A DNA stretch of 63,973 nt, from the IMG/VR virus record IMGVR_UViG_3300032305_000764, positions 1 through 63,973 of that record. The stretch is one strand, 5' to 3'. Source of the DNA: a virus. Taxonomy: Duplodnaviria > Caudoviricetes. Under the pieces are notes generated by a model. That model was not told the DNA's origin. It did not search any database and saw only the letters and a program-made list of their open reading frames with translations. Shown here piece after piece: positions 57,190 through 63,973 of this stretch. Numbering within the stretch: the stretch's first letter is position 1; the number at the start of each line of letters is the position of its first letter. The position numbers and the translations under genes are program-made.

Positions 57190-57848
57190 TACGTCACCGC
57201 CTGTCTAAACTGACCAGAACGATAAGCATCTTGACGCTCCATACCATCGCCAAGGCGTTTCGCAAGAGCAAGGGCTTCGGTGTACTTTCCGTTGTACAAA
57301 GTGACCATGTCGGCCTCACCCTTCATGTAGGTGATAGCCTCTACCAGAGTGCCGTACAACAAAACGCTGTCAAAATTGTCGCCAAGCCATGTAGTGGCGG
57401 CTGTCACAATTGATTCTGGATAGTAATAATAGTGTAACTCTACGTTGTAGACCGCATCTGGGGTTGGGCCTAGGATAAACGAAAGTTCGTTTGTAATCAC
57501 GTTGGACACCACTGTCGGGCCAAATAAGGCGTAATACTTGGGGATGGCGGTATCTGTCGGGCTTGGGTACGCCTGTCTTATGAAGTTGACATCCTTGTTC
57601 AACAAATACTCGTACATCCCAGTGCCGTCAATCACAGCCATCGAGTAAACCGCTAAGAAATCATTTGGGCAAGCTAGATATTTGTTGTTTGTAGATGTAA
57701 CACCTGTTACGTTTTTACGTATAGAGGGAAACTGAACGGAGTTGTAGATGCGCTGCTCCGCCTGCTTAATGAACGTATTCATGTCAGCAGTGGGGAACGT
57801 GTTCTCTGTGTAATCAGAGACGGCAGTTACAAGCTCCGTGTAGTTCAC
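57189..57848 (-). CDS. Head-tail adaptor / tail tubular protein A-like
   Basis: MNYTELVTAV...FIKQAEQRI...PKYYA...GPTPD...LLYGTLVEA. Confidence 0.7.
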   Translation of the reverse strand: MNYTELVTAVSDYTENTFPTADMNTFIKQAEQRIYNSVQFPSIRKNVTGVTSTNNKYLACPNDFLAVYSMAVIDGTGMYEYLLNKDVNFIRQAYPSPTDTAIPKYYALFGPTVVSNVITNELSFILGPTPDAVYNVELHYYYYPESIVTAATTWLGDNFDSVLLYGTLVEAITYMKGEADMVTLYNGKYTEALALAKRLGDGMERQDAYRSGQFRQAVT

Positions 57849-58102
57849 GCCATTGGCCCCCGAGCCATCACGCCTTTAGTGGCTGCGCCTGTTCCACGAA
57901 TCTTAATTCCGTCCGTCTTTACGGGTTGGTTAGATTCTTTTTTCATGAACGCAACACTTGGATTAAGCGTGTTGAGGTTGCTCTTGTCCACGCGAGTGTC
58001 TTTAACTTCGCCGCCGCTCATGGTGTGTGGCTCGGCATAGACGCTGGCTTGACCAACTTCTTTACCCATAAGTTTTTTGCTGAATGTAGCCATCTTAGCC
58101 AC
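57845..58102 (-). CDS. Small basic protein
   Basis: Ends IRGTGAATKGVMARGPMA. Confidence 0.7.
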   Translation of the reverse strand: MAKMATFSKKLMGKEVGQASVYAEPHTMSGGEVKDTRVDKSNLNTLNPSVAFMKKESNQPVKTDGIKIRGTGAATKGVMARGPMA

Positions 58103-58289
58103 CTCTGCCTGAACCGCGCTGATTCATCACGCGAGCCATATTACGACCATGCTTCATCAGCATTTCGTTGGTTACACCGCCTTTAGCCATTTTCTTGGCT
58201 CCGGGGTGCATACGTGATTCGTGACCCTTAACTATTTTTTTAGCTTCGGTGTCGGCAATCTTTTTCATTTCGCCCTTGTCCATGTTCAA
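58095..58289 (-). CDS. Small basic protein with KMAKGG tag
   Basis: 64 aa. Confidence 0.7.
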   Translation of the reverse strand: MNMDKGEMKKIADTEAKKIVKGHESRMHPGAKKMAKGGVTNEMLMKHGRNMARVMNQRGSGRGG

Positions 58290-58292
58290 CTC

Positions 58293-58721
58293 CTACGTAG
58301 TTACAACCGTTACTGTACCAAGTTCTACAGTTAACACCAAATTATTTGGGGTTAATACCGCATCACTACCCTGAGACCCTCCGACGGGGTTCCATCCCCA
58401 CTGGAAGATCCTACTTCCGCCCTCGTTGGTTCCGGATCCATCGGGGCCTGTCCCGCCGTTTACATTTGTCTGCAAACCGTTATTACCAGATAAATAATAA
58501 CTTCTGTCTGGCCGAGGATTCCTTAAACCTTGCGGATCATCAACCGGGAACATGCCCAACTGAAGCTGGGGGTGATCCGGATCCCAGCATTCCGGACAAA
58601 CGAGCAAATCATATCTTTTAAGCTTGACAATCTCCGTTTTAAGAACCTTAAGCTTAAACCTTTGACCACACCGATCACATTCGGCAATAGCGTGTTTGCC
58701 AGCGGCAAATCTGTTACCCAC
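58293..58721 (-). CDS. Zn-finger protein
   Basis: CDRCG...VCPECWDPDHPQL. Confidence 0.7.
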   Translation of the reverse strand: MGNRFAAGKHAIAECDRCGQRFKLKVLKTEIVKLKRYDLLVCPECWDPDHPQLQLGMFPVDDPQGLRNPRPDRSYYLSGNNGLQTNVNGGTGPDGSGTNEGGSRIFQWGWNPVGGSQGSDAVLTPNNLVLTVELGTVTVVTT

Positions 58722-58723
58722 CG

Positions 58724-59650
58724 CTATCTCCCAATATAAGTCTGTCTAGGCACCAAACGCAATGCAGCTTTTTCGTGGTCTTCGTATGCGGCTAACTCCC
58801 AAGCTTCGTCATATTGTTGCTTTAGAACTATCAGTCTTTCCATGCCGTTGGGCACTTTCATGGCAATTTGATACGCCAGACCAGCAGCCATACATGGGAT
58901 AAACCGGAATGGCACGTCCATGATGTTTACACCGCCTCCGGCGTCTTGAGTTCTGCGCAGTCTCCAGTAAACGAATTGGTACTGTTGTGCATTGTCTGGT
59001 GTGGGCCATACGGTTATGGCTGGAACTTGCTGCCAATAAGCTATGGCATTGTCTGCGTGTGCGGCTGCGGTTGTGTTTTGTTGTCCACGGAAACAGTTGT
59101 ACAAAACGTTTCCTTCAATGTATCCGTAATTGATGATTTCGGAGTCTATCTTGACAAACCCAGAAGCAGGTAGCCCGACGGTCGAATCAAGGGTAATCGT
59201 GGTGGCGGTACTTGTGATCGCCCCGTCAAGAGTTAAACCTGTTGGCGATGTCTGTCCGTTATAACGTTGAATCCAAACCTGAATAGGTCTGGCTTGCTGA
59301 ATCTTGTTCGGAATTGTGGCATACGTACTCACACTAATTCGGGTGATGGTTAAATCAGCCTGAGTTGCGGTATTGTTAGCGCCTGTACGTATGACGTGTT
59401 CCAGCAGATCAATGGTGTCATTGGGCAAAGCATAAGTGTTCTGCCCCTGAACAAAGTCAATTGTGCCCTGTTCAATTGTCCACAGATTGATGCCTCGGTT
59501 TGCCCAGTCGGCAAACATGATGTTTAAACTGCGTCTGGCTGTACGCAGGTCGTAACCTGTACGAAGTTCAGAACCCGCCCGCTCAAATGCCTCCTCGACC
59601 AACTCAGTTAGGTCTAGGTTAAACGCATTAGCGCCGGAAGTTGTTGCCAT
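58724..59650 (-). CDS. Second connector/adaptor-like protein with an inserted beta domain
   Basis: LVEEAFERAG...ARRSLN...WANRGINLW...VWPTPD...VPFRF.PC..AGLAY. Confidence 0.7.
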   Translation of the reverse strand: MATTSGANAFNLDLTELVEEAFERAGSELRTGYDLRTARRSLNIMFADWANRGINLWTIEQGTIDFVQGQNTYALPNDTIDLLEHVIRTGANNTATQADLTITRISVSTYATIPNKIQQARPIQVWIQRYNGQTSPTGLTLDGAITSTATTITLDSTVGLPASGFVKIDSEIINYGYIEGNVLYNCFRGQQNTTAAAHADNAIAYWQQVPAITVWPTPDNAQQYQFVYWRLRRTQDAGGGVNIMDVPFRFIPCMAAGLAYQIAMKVPNGMERLIVLKQQYDEAWELAAYEDHEKAALRLVPRQTYIGR

Positions 59651-59857
59651 TACAGTTTTTCTGCGGTTCGGTAAGCTTGAAGTTCGGCTCTAAGCCGAGA
59701 TATTTCCTCGTCACGTTCTTCCAATTTCTTGATCAAACTGGCGCTTGTATCGCACATCATAGACATGCATTCCGTACGCTCCTTATGATCTCTCACCATC
59801 ATCTCATATAGTCTCTCAGACATCTCAATTTGTCTGTGCATCCACGTCTCAACCATG
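59650..59857 (-). CDS. Small coiled-coil protein (start approximate)
   Basis: MVETWMHRQ...LEERDEEISRLRAEL. Confidence 0.45.
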
Positions 59858-59860
59858 TTT

Positions 59861-60112
59861 TCACCTCGCTGCCCACATGTTGTCAATCAAATTAGGGTAC
59901 GCCCGTCCAGCCCTACGTGCGCGGGACTTGGCTTGCGCTTTCCTATCCTCGGTTAACTCTTTAGGTTTGCCCAATTTCTTTGGGCGCTTCTTATCCCACA
60001 CCTCGCCACCTTCAGCAAATTGCTCAAAGTCCGTGTTGTCGCGGCGAGCCTTTTTGGTTCCTTTGGGCATTTTCTTGGGGTTGATATCCCCCATACCGCG
60101 ACTTGCCATCAT
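59861..60112 (-). CDS. Small basic protein with FAEGG tag
   Basis: K/R-rich; ends YPNLIDNMWAAR. Confidence 0.7.
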   Translation of the reverse strand: MMASRGMGDINPKKMPKGTKKARRDNTDFEQFAEGGEVWDKKRPKKLGKPKELTEDRKAQAKSRARRAGRAYPNLIDNMWAAR

Positions 60113-60360
60113 ATGATTGTCCCTTTCGTTTTGCCCTTAACGGCGCATCCATCAGCACGAGCGGAAGCGGAGCCGCCCTTAGCCATTTTCTTGGTCGCGG
60201 GTTTTTCTACAGGCTTTTCTACGGGCTTCTTCTCTTCCTTTGGTTTTGAAGGAGCAAAGGTGGTGTCAGGTGTAGGCATAATTTTGTCGTAAATTTTCCC
60301 CGCCTTTTCCATGTACTCATCCTGCTTGGCGTCTTTAACCATTTGATCTGTGGTAGCCAT
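60109..60360 (-). CDS. Small basic protein with MAKGG and RADG..KGKTKG motifs
   Basis: 83 aa. Confidence 0.75.
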   Translation of the reverse strand: MATTDQMVKDAKQDEYMEKAGKIYDKIMPTPDTTFAPSKPKEEKKPVEKPVEKPATKKMAKGGSASARADGCAVKGKTKGTII

Positions 60361-60369
60361 AATAATTCC

Positions 60370-61320
60370 TTAGTAAATCTTTCCTTTGGTCTTGCCTTTG
60401 GAGGCAATGCCATCACCCCTAGAAGAGGCGGAAGATGATTTTGTAACACCACCCTTAGCCATCTTTTTAACTGCGCCGCCACGTTTCATGCCTAAGCTGA
60501 AATCTTTGCCGCCCATTCTTTGACGGATTGCGTTGGCTACATCTGCATTGATGTTGTCTGGATCAAGGCCCGACCGGCGGGCGTTTTCACGCAACATCTC
60601 TGTTTGGCGTTCGGCTGAACGAGCTGCTCTGTCCCTAGCCATAAGATCGGCTTTAGATGGGCCTGTCAATTGACGGGTTGGGTTGTTGGCAATTTGTTTA
60701 GGCGCATCAATTGTGTTGAGGGTGCGTCTATTTGCTAAATTTTTGGCTAATGAGGCAATGCTTTTAACGCCGCCAAACGGCAAGAAATCTGCGCCCATGT
60801 TGTCAATGGCCTGAGATTCGGCTTGTTTTCTGCGCTTCTCAACAGCCTCTGGTGTGCTGGCTTCTTTTTTAGCCTTCTCGTATTCTTCTTCTTTGGTGCT
60901 TGGCTTGCTTGCTGTTGTTTGGGGTATATCAGTATCAAAATCCCTAGGCGGTCTAGTTTTTTTCGCCGGGGAGCTAGGCTTACTAGGGGTTTTAGATGCA
61001 AAAGAACGGGTAATCGGCTCGTCTGGGCTGTACATCTCACCCGTTTCGGTGTTGCGTCTAAGTTTAGACAAAGAGCCATCTTCTGAGCGGATTTCAGACA
61101 AGTCCTTTTTGGGAGCTTCTGGTACAGCATTCTCCGCCTCAACCTCTGCGCGAGTTTTGGGCTTTACGCTGTCCACTACAGGAGCTTTTTTATTTGGGAC
61201 GGCACGTTCCATCCGAGCCAAGATATAAGGATCGGTGCGGTCTGCACCTCCCAGCCAAGCCTCTTGCTCAGCGGAGAATGTTCTGCCGCCGCCTTCGTAT
61301 CTCTTTACTTTCTTCTTCAT
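60370..61320 (-). CDS. Low-complexity basic protein with tags at both ends
   Basis: 316 aa; RYEGGG at the start; MKRGG..MAKGG..RGDGIASKGKTKG at the end. Confidence 0.75.
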   Translation of the reverse strand: MKKKVKRYEGGGRTFSAEQEAWLGGADRTDPYILARMERAVPNKKAPVVDSVKPKTRAEVEAENAVPEAPKKDLSEIRSEDGSLSKLRRNTETGEMYSPDEPITRSFASKTPSKPSSPAKKTRPPRDFDTDIPQTTASKPSTKEEEYEKAKKEASTPEAVEKRRKQAESQAIDNMGADFLPFGGVKSIASLAKNLANRRTLNTIDAPKQIANNPTRQLTGPSKADLMARDRAARSAERQTEMLRENARRSGLDPDNINADVANAIRQRMGGKDFSLGMKRGGAVKKMAKGGVTKSSSASSRGDGIASKGKTKGKIY

Positions 61321-61329
61321 GGTGAATCC

Positions 61330-61800
61330 TTAGCAGGCCATTCCGCCTTTGTTCAGCATTTTGCCCTTGGTTTTACCCTTTTGAGCAACGCCATCTGCGC
61401 GGGAAGAGGCTGAACCCGAAGAGGGTTTGGCTGTTTTAACAGCGCCCATCTTGGTCATTCCACCTTTTTTCATGCCCATCATCTCAGCTTTTTCATGCTT
61501 AATCATAGACTTGGGAGCGCCCTTCTTTTTCATGAAGTCCACTTCTTTTTTAACCATTGCTTTGGATTCTTTCATTTCACCACCTTTAGAAAAAAGTTCT
61601 GTTTTACCCTGCCGAGTTTCGGGTTTGTTTACACGCTGCAAGTCGGCTCTTGAGCGCCCTTCGCCTTTAAACTTCGTACCTTTATCGGCTTTACTAAACT
61701 CTTGCCCCACGGATTGTGGGACTCCGACTTTCTTGGCAAACGATGCATTGTGTGCAACGGCCTCCATGAAATTATGCTGCTTTTTGCTAGTGCTCGGCAT
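61330..61800 (-). CDS. Basic protein with multiple xKGG tags and a KGKTKG motif
   Basis: 156 aa; MPSTSKKQHNFMEAVAHN. Confidence 0.75.
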   Translation of the reverse strand: MPSTSKKQHNFMEAVAHNASFAKKVGVPQSVGQEFSKADKGTKFKGEGRSRADLQRVNKPETRQGKTELFSKGGEMKESKAMVKKEVDFMKKKGAPKSMIKHEKAEMMGMKKGGMTKMGAVKTAKPSSGSASSRADGVAQKGKTKGKMLNKGGMAC

Positions 61801-61803
61801 GGC

Positions 61804-62127
61804 TTAACACATCCTTCCTTTGGTTTTGCCCTTTTGGGCTATACCATCAGCTTCCTTTATGTATCCACCTTCAGCGCAGTTCCAAGCCCTCAAACTTTTG
61901 TTAATCCGGGAGTTTGGGTCTTTCGCGGTCTTCTCGCTGGTCAGCTTCTTCTTCATTCCACTCATCCTCGCGCAGAAAGAGTCGCGCCTTGAGCCTCCCC
62001 CGGGTTGAGGAGGCTTTAACCCGGGCTTCCCCGGATTGGCTGCGTTGTAAGAAGCCCGACCTTTGGCGTTCAAGCCGCCCTTTGGGTTCTTGCCTTCTTT
62101 CCTCGTCCATGCTTCAGATTTAGCCAT
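61804..62127 (-). CDS. Basic protein with AEGG and KGKTKG motifs
   Basis: MAKSEAWTRKEGKNPKGGLNAKGRASYN...RRDSFCARMSG; TAATG coupling at 62127. Confidence 0.75.
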   Translation of the reverse strand: MAKSEAWTRKEGKNPKGGLNAKGRASYNAANPGKPGLKPPQPGGGSRRDSFCARMSGMKKKLTSEKTAKDPNSRINKSLRAWNCAEGGYIKEADGIAQKGKTKGRMC

Positions 62128-62891
62128 TACTGCATATGGTTTTGGATTAAGTAACCGCCAGCATACATGCTGCACGTTAGCGGGCCACCAGAACTAGACT
62201 TGACACAAAACTGAATGTCCATTTTTTCTGGATGAGCAATTGCAAGAGTAAATGGAATCTCTTGCTTTTGCACGAATACAGTTTGGTGCGTCACAGTTAT
62301 TTGACCTGTTGTATTGTCTTTATTGTATTCTTGAGCCGTCATATAGGCGCTTGAAGTAAAACCAATTGCAGCGTCGTACTGTATATAAGATAAGTAAAAC
62401 GTATAGCCAGCGGGCACGGTATAGATCGACATCTGCGTCTGACCAATACCGGGGTTAATCTGAGCATACGTCGTAGAACTTATCTTGGCTGTAATGGTTC
62501 CAGTATTGGTGCTGGTAGCCATTGCCATGCTGTTTATACGCAAGAAAGACTGAGTAGTAGTGACGTTGGTTGTACCGTTCAACGCAATAGTTTCTGTAAT
62601 CGGAGCAAAGTTTGCATCCAAACCATTAATAATTACTGCGCGTGTCGTATCATCCGTGGCGGAGGAGCTTACAAGAACCAATGGTGCGGCAGACGAAGGT
62701 GGCGTATACAAACCGCCAGATTGAGTCTGCCCCTCCCACATGGGGCCAAAAGCAGTGTTTGCGATATTAGGCGAATACCCAAATATCTCCAAACCAGAGT
62801 GACCGCCCACTTGATTGCGAACCACTTGCAACTCAAATGGCTCAAACAACCCCATGCGGGTTATGGACGACCATATGCCTAAATTAGACAT
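62127..62891 (-). CDS. Hypothetical virion protein
   Basis: 254 aa, beta-rich. Confidence 0.7.
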   Translation of the reverse strand: MSNLGIWSSITRMGLFEPFELQVVRNQVGGHSGLEIFGYSPNIANTAFGPMWEGQTQSGGLYTPPSSAAPLVLVSSSATDDTTRAVIINGLDANFAPITETIALNGTTNVTTTQSFLRINSMAMATSTNTGTITAKISSTTYAQINPGIGQTQMSIYTVPAGYTFYLSYIQYDAAIGFTSSAYMTAQEYNKDNTTGQITVTHQTVFVQKQEIPFTLAIAHPEKMDIQFCVKSSSGGPLTCSMYAGGYLIQNHMQ

Positions 62892-63381
62892 TTTGTTGGC
62901 CCAGCAAAGGATCGGCTACAAAATAAAGGATAGTACCGACTACAGTACCGCCAGTGGGAGCGTCGCCAGTGTTTGCACCGCCGGTGATGTACACCAATTC
63001 GGTAGAAGACATAACAGCGCCCAAAGAAGCGCCAGTGCCGCTATCGCCCCAAACAATTTGCTTTTTGCCAGCATCAGCAGCGTAGTTGTCTACCAGAGCG
63101 GTAGGGCTAGTTGTGCCGGTGCCGTACAGGGTAAAGCCCATATCCATAGTAGGAGTGGTGCCGCCTGTACCGGTAGCGTTAAATTGAATAGCCGTAATGA
63201 TCGCGCCAGCGGGCAGGATAACGGGGGTGGTGTCAGTTGAAGAAACTTGAACGCGAGTGGTGTTTACTAAGGTAGGGTCAAAGTAAAACTGAGCAGCCAT
63301 AACGCCAGAACCGCAATAAGCAGTACGTGTTTGATCGCCGCCACCAGAACGCCAGATTGATTGGGTGGTTGAGAGTGCCAT
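62884..63381 (-). CDS. Hypothetical virion protein (possible decoration protein)
   Basis: 165 aa; LPAGAIITAI motif; first gene after the capsid gene. Confidence 0.65.
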   Translation of the reverse strand: MALSTTQSIWRSGGGDQTRTAYCGSGVMAAQFYFDPTLVNTTRVQVSSTDTTPVILPAGAIITAIQFNATGTGGTTPTMDMGFTLYGTGTTSPTALVDNYAADAGKKQIVWGDSGTGASLGAVMSSTELVYITGGANTGDAPTGGTVVGTILYFVADPLLGQQNV

Positions 63382-63391
63382 TAAATTTTCC

Positions 63392-63462
63392 TTACATACA
63401 AGATCAGCGCATCAATCGGTATGTCGTCTGCCGGGTCAGTTTGATGCACCGGGTTTCCCGGG
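63392..63462 (-). ncRNA. Structured RNA downstream of the gpT-like capsid gene (Mu-gpT-DE-like motif)
   Basis: GTGCATCAA/TTGATGCGC stem, CTG-ACCCGG-CAG hairpin, ACATAC/GTATGT pseudoknot next to the ribosome-binding site. Confidence 0.6.
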
Positions 63463-63470
63463 ACGTTCCC

Positions 63471-63498
63471 AATATACACCAATTTAAACGCATGTCAA
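63471..63498 (-). promoter_or_regulatory. Sigma70-type promoter
   Basis: TTGACA-N16-TATATT with GTTTAAAT in the spacer. Confidence 0.6.
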
Positions 63499-63513
63499 TG
63501 AAAAAATGAAAAT

Positions 63514-63540
63514 AAAAAAGGGGGCCGAAGCCCCCTCTTT
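63514..63540 (-). terminator. Intrinsic terminator after the capsid gene
   Basis: AGGGGGC-TTCG-GCCCCCT-TTTTT. Confidence 0.9.
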
Positions 63541-63553
63541 CGCTACTAATTGC

Positions 63554-63973
63554 TTAGTTGCTACCGGGTGAACCAAACATGCCGAGCGGGTCAGACCAGC
63601 CGAACGAATAACGCTCGCGGGCCTTGTAACGCACGTTGCCTGTATCAAAATCCCCGTCCATGCTGTTTTGCAGGGGTGAACGAACGAAATGCTTCAAACC
63701 GTTAGGCACATCAGTACACAGATACCAGCCGTTTGTGTCGGTCAGGTAATGGTTGATGCTGTAGCCTTCAGGGATAGAACCATTGTTCTTCAGGGCGTTG
63801 ATATCGTTGTCATTGGTGCCAACACGGAGGCTGGTTTCCAACAAACGAGTTGCAACGAACTGCAAAGCAGGAGGAACGATCAACTTACGTGGTTTAGCAG
63901 CGATCAACAGGCCGCGCTCGTCAGTCCAAGCAGCGATTTGAATAACGGCGGCTTCCAAAGAAGTCTCGTTCAA
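63554..63973 (-). CDS. Major capsid protein, 3' part
   Basis: PRKLIVPPALQF...DFDTGNVRYKARERYSFGWSDP. Confidence 0.9.
   Translation of the reverse strand: MNETSLEAAVIQIAAWTDERGLLIAAKPRKLIVPPALQFVATRLLETSLRVGTNDNDINALKNNGSIPEGYSINHYLTDTNGWYLCTDVPNGLKHFVRSPLQNSMDGDFDTGNVRYKARERYSFGWSDPLGMFGSPGSN
63851..63973. repeat. 123-bp terminal direct repeat (right copy)
   Basis: Identical to 1-123. Confidence 0.95.

Noticed and set aside
1-63973. Alternative genetic code, tRNA genes, introns or inteins
   Set aside because: Genes are full length in the standard code and all three stop codons are used; no cloverleaf or splicing motifs noticed by eye (tRNAscan not run)

Overview
This window is a complete, circularly assembled tailed-phage genome of about 63,850 bp; bases 1-123 repeat exactly at 63851-63973 and the major capsid gene runs across that junction. 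It looks like a podovirus-type environmental phage, probably infecting a proteobacterium (inference). The minus-strand packaging/head block has TerS, a LexA-like HTH, TerL, a 2OG-Fe(II) oxygenase, portal, GroES, a scaffold-like protein and a Mu-gpT-type capsid protein. Next come a non-coding region rich in DnaA boxes, an early operon (SprT-like protease, MoxR AAA+, VWA), a T7 gp4-like primase-helicase operon behind a C4/CI-like antisense RNA leader, a recombination module (RusA, exonuclease, Sak3, SSB-like) and an array of small genes. The long late block holds small basic proteins, connectors, fibres, lysis genes, ejection proteins and a 3013-aa polyvalent protein. I saw no integrase, DNA polymerase, tRNA or CRISPR array. 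Most notable: (1) a [MFY]-A-x-G-G tag shared by 9 otherwise unrelated late proteins, with a candidate reader domain; (2) about 35 copies of the palindrome GTTTAAAC where about 1 is expected; (3) a cassette-built giant protein with five ADP-ribosyltransferase-like modules and a GP88-like domain, separated by a repeated [KR]-[YFL]-S-L linker that has DNA direct repeats. All family calls are by eye from motifs; no database search was run.
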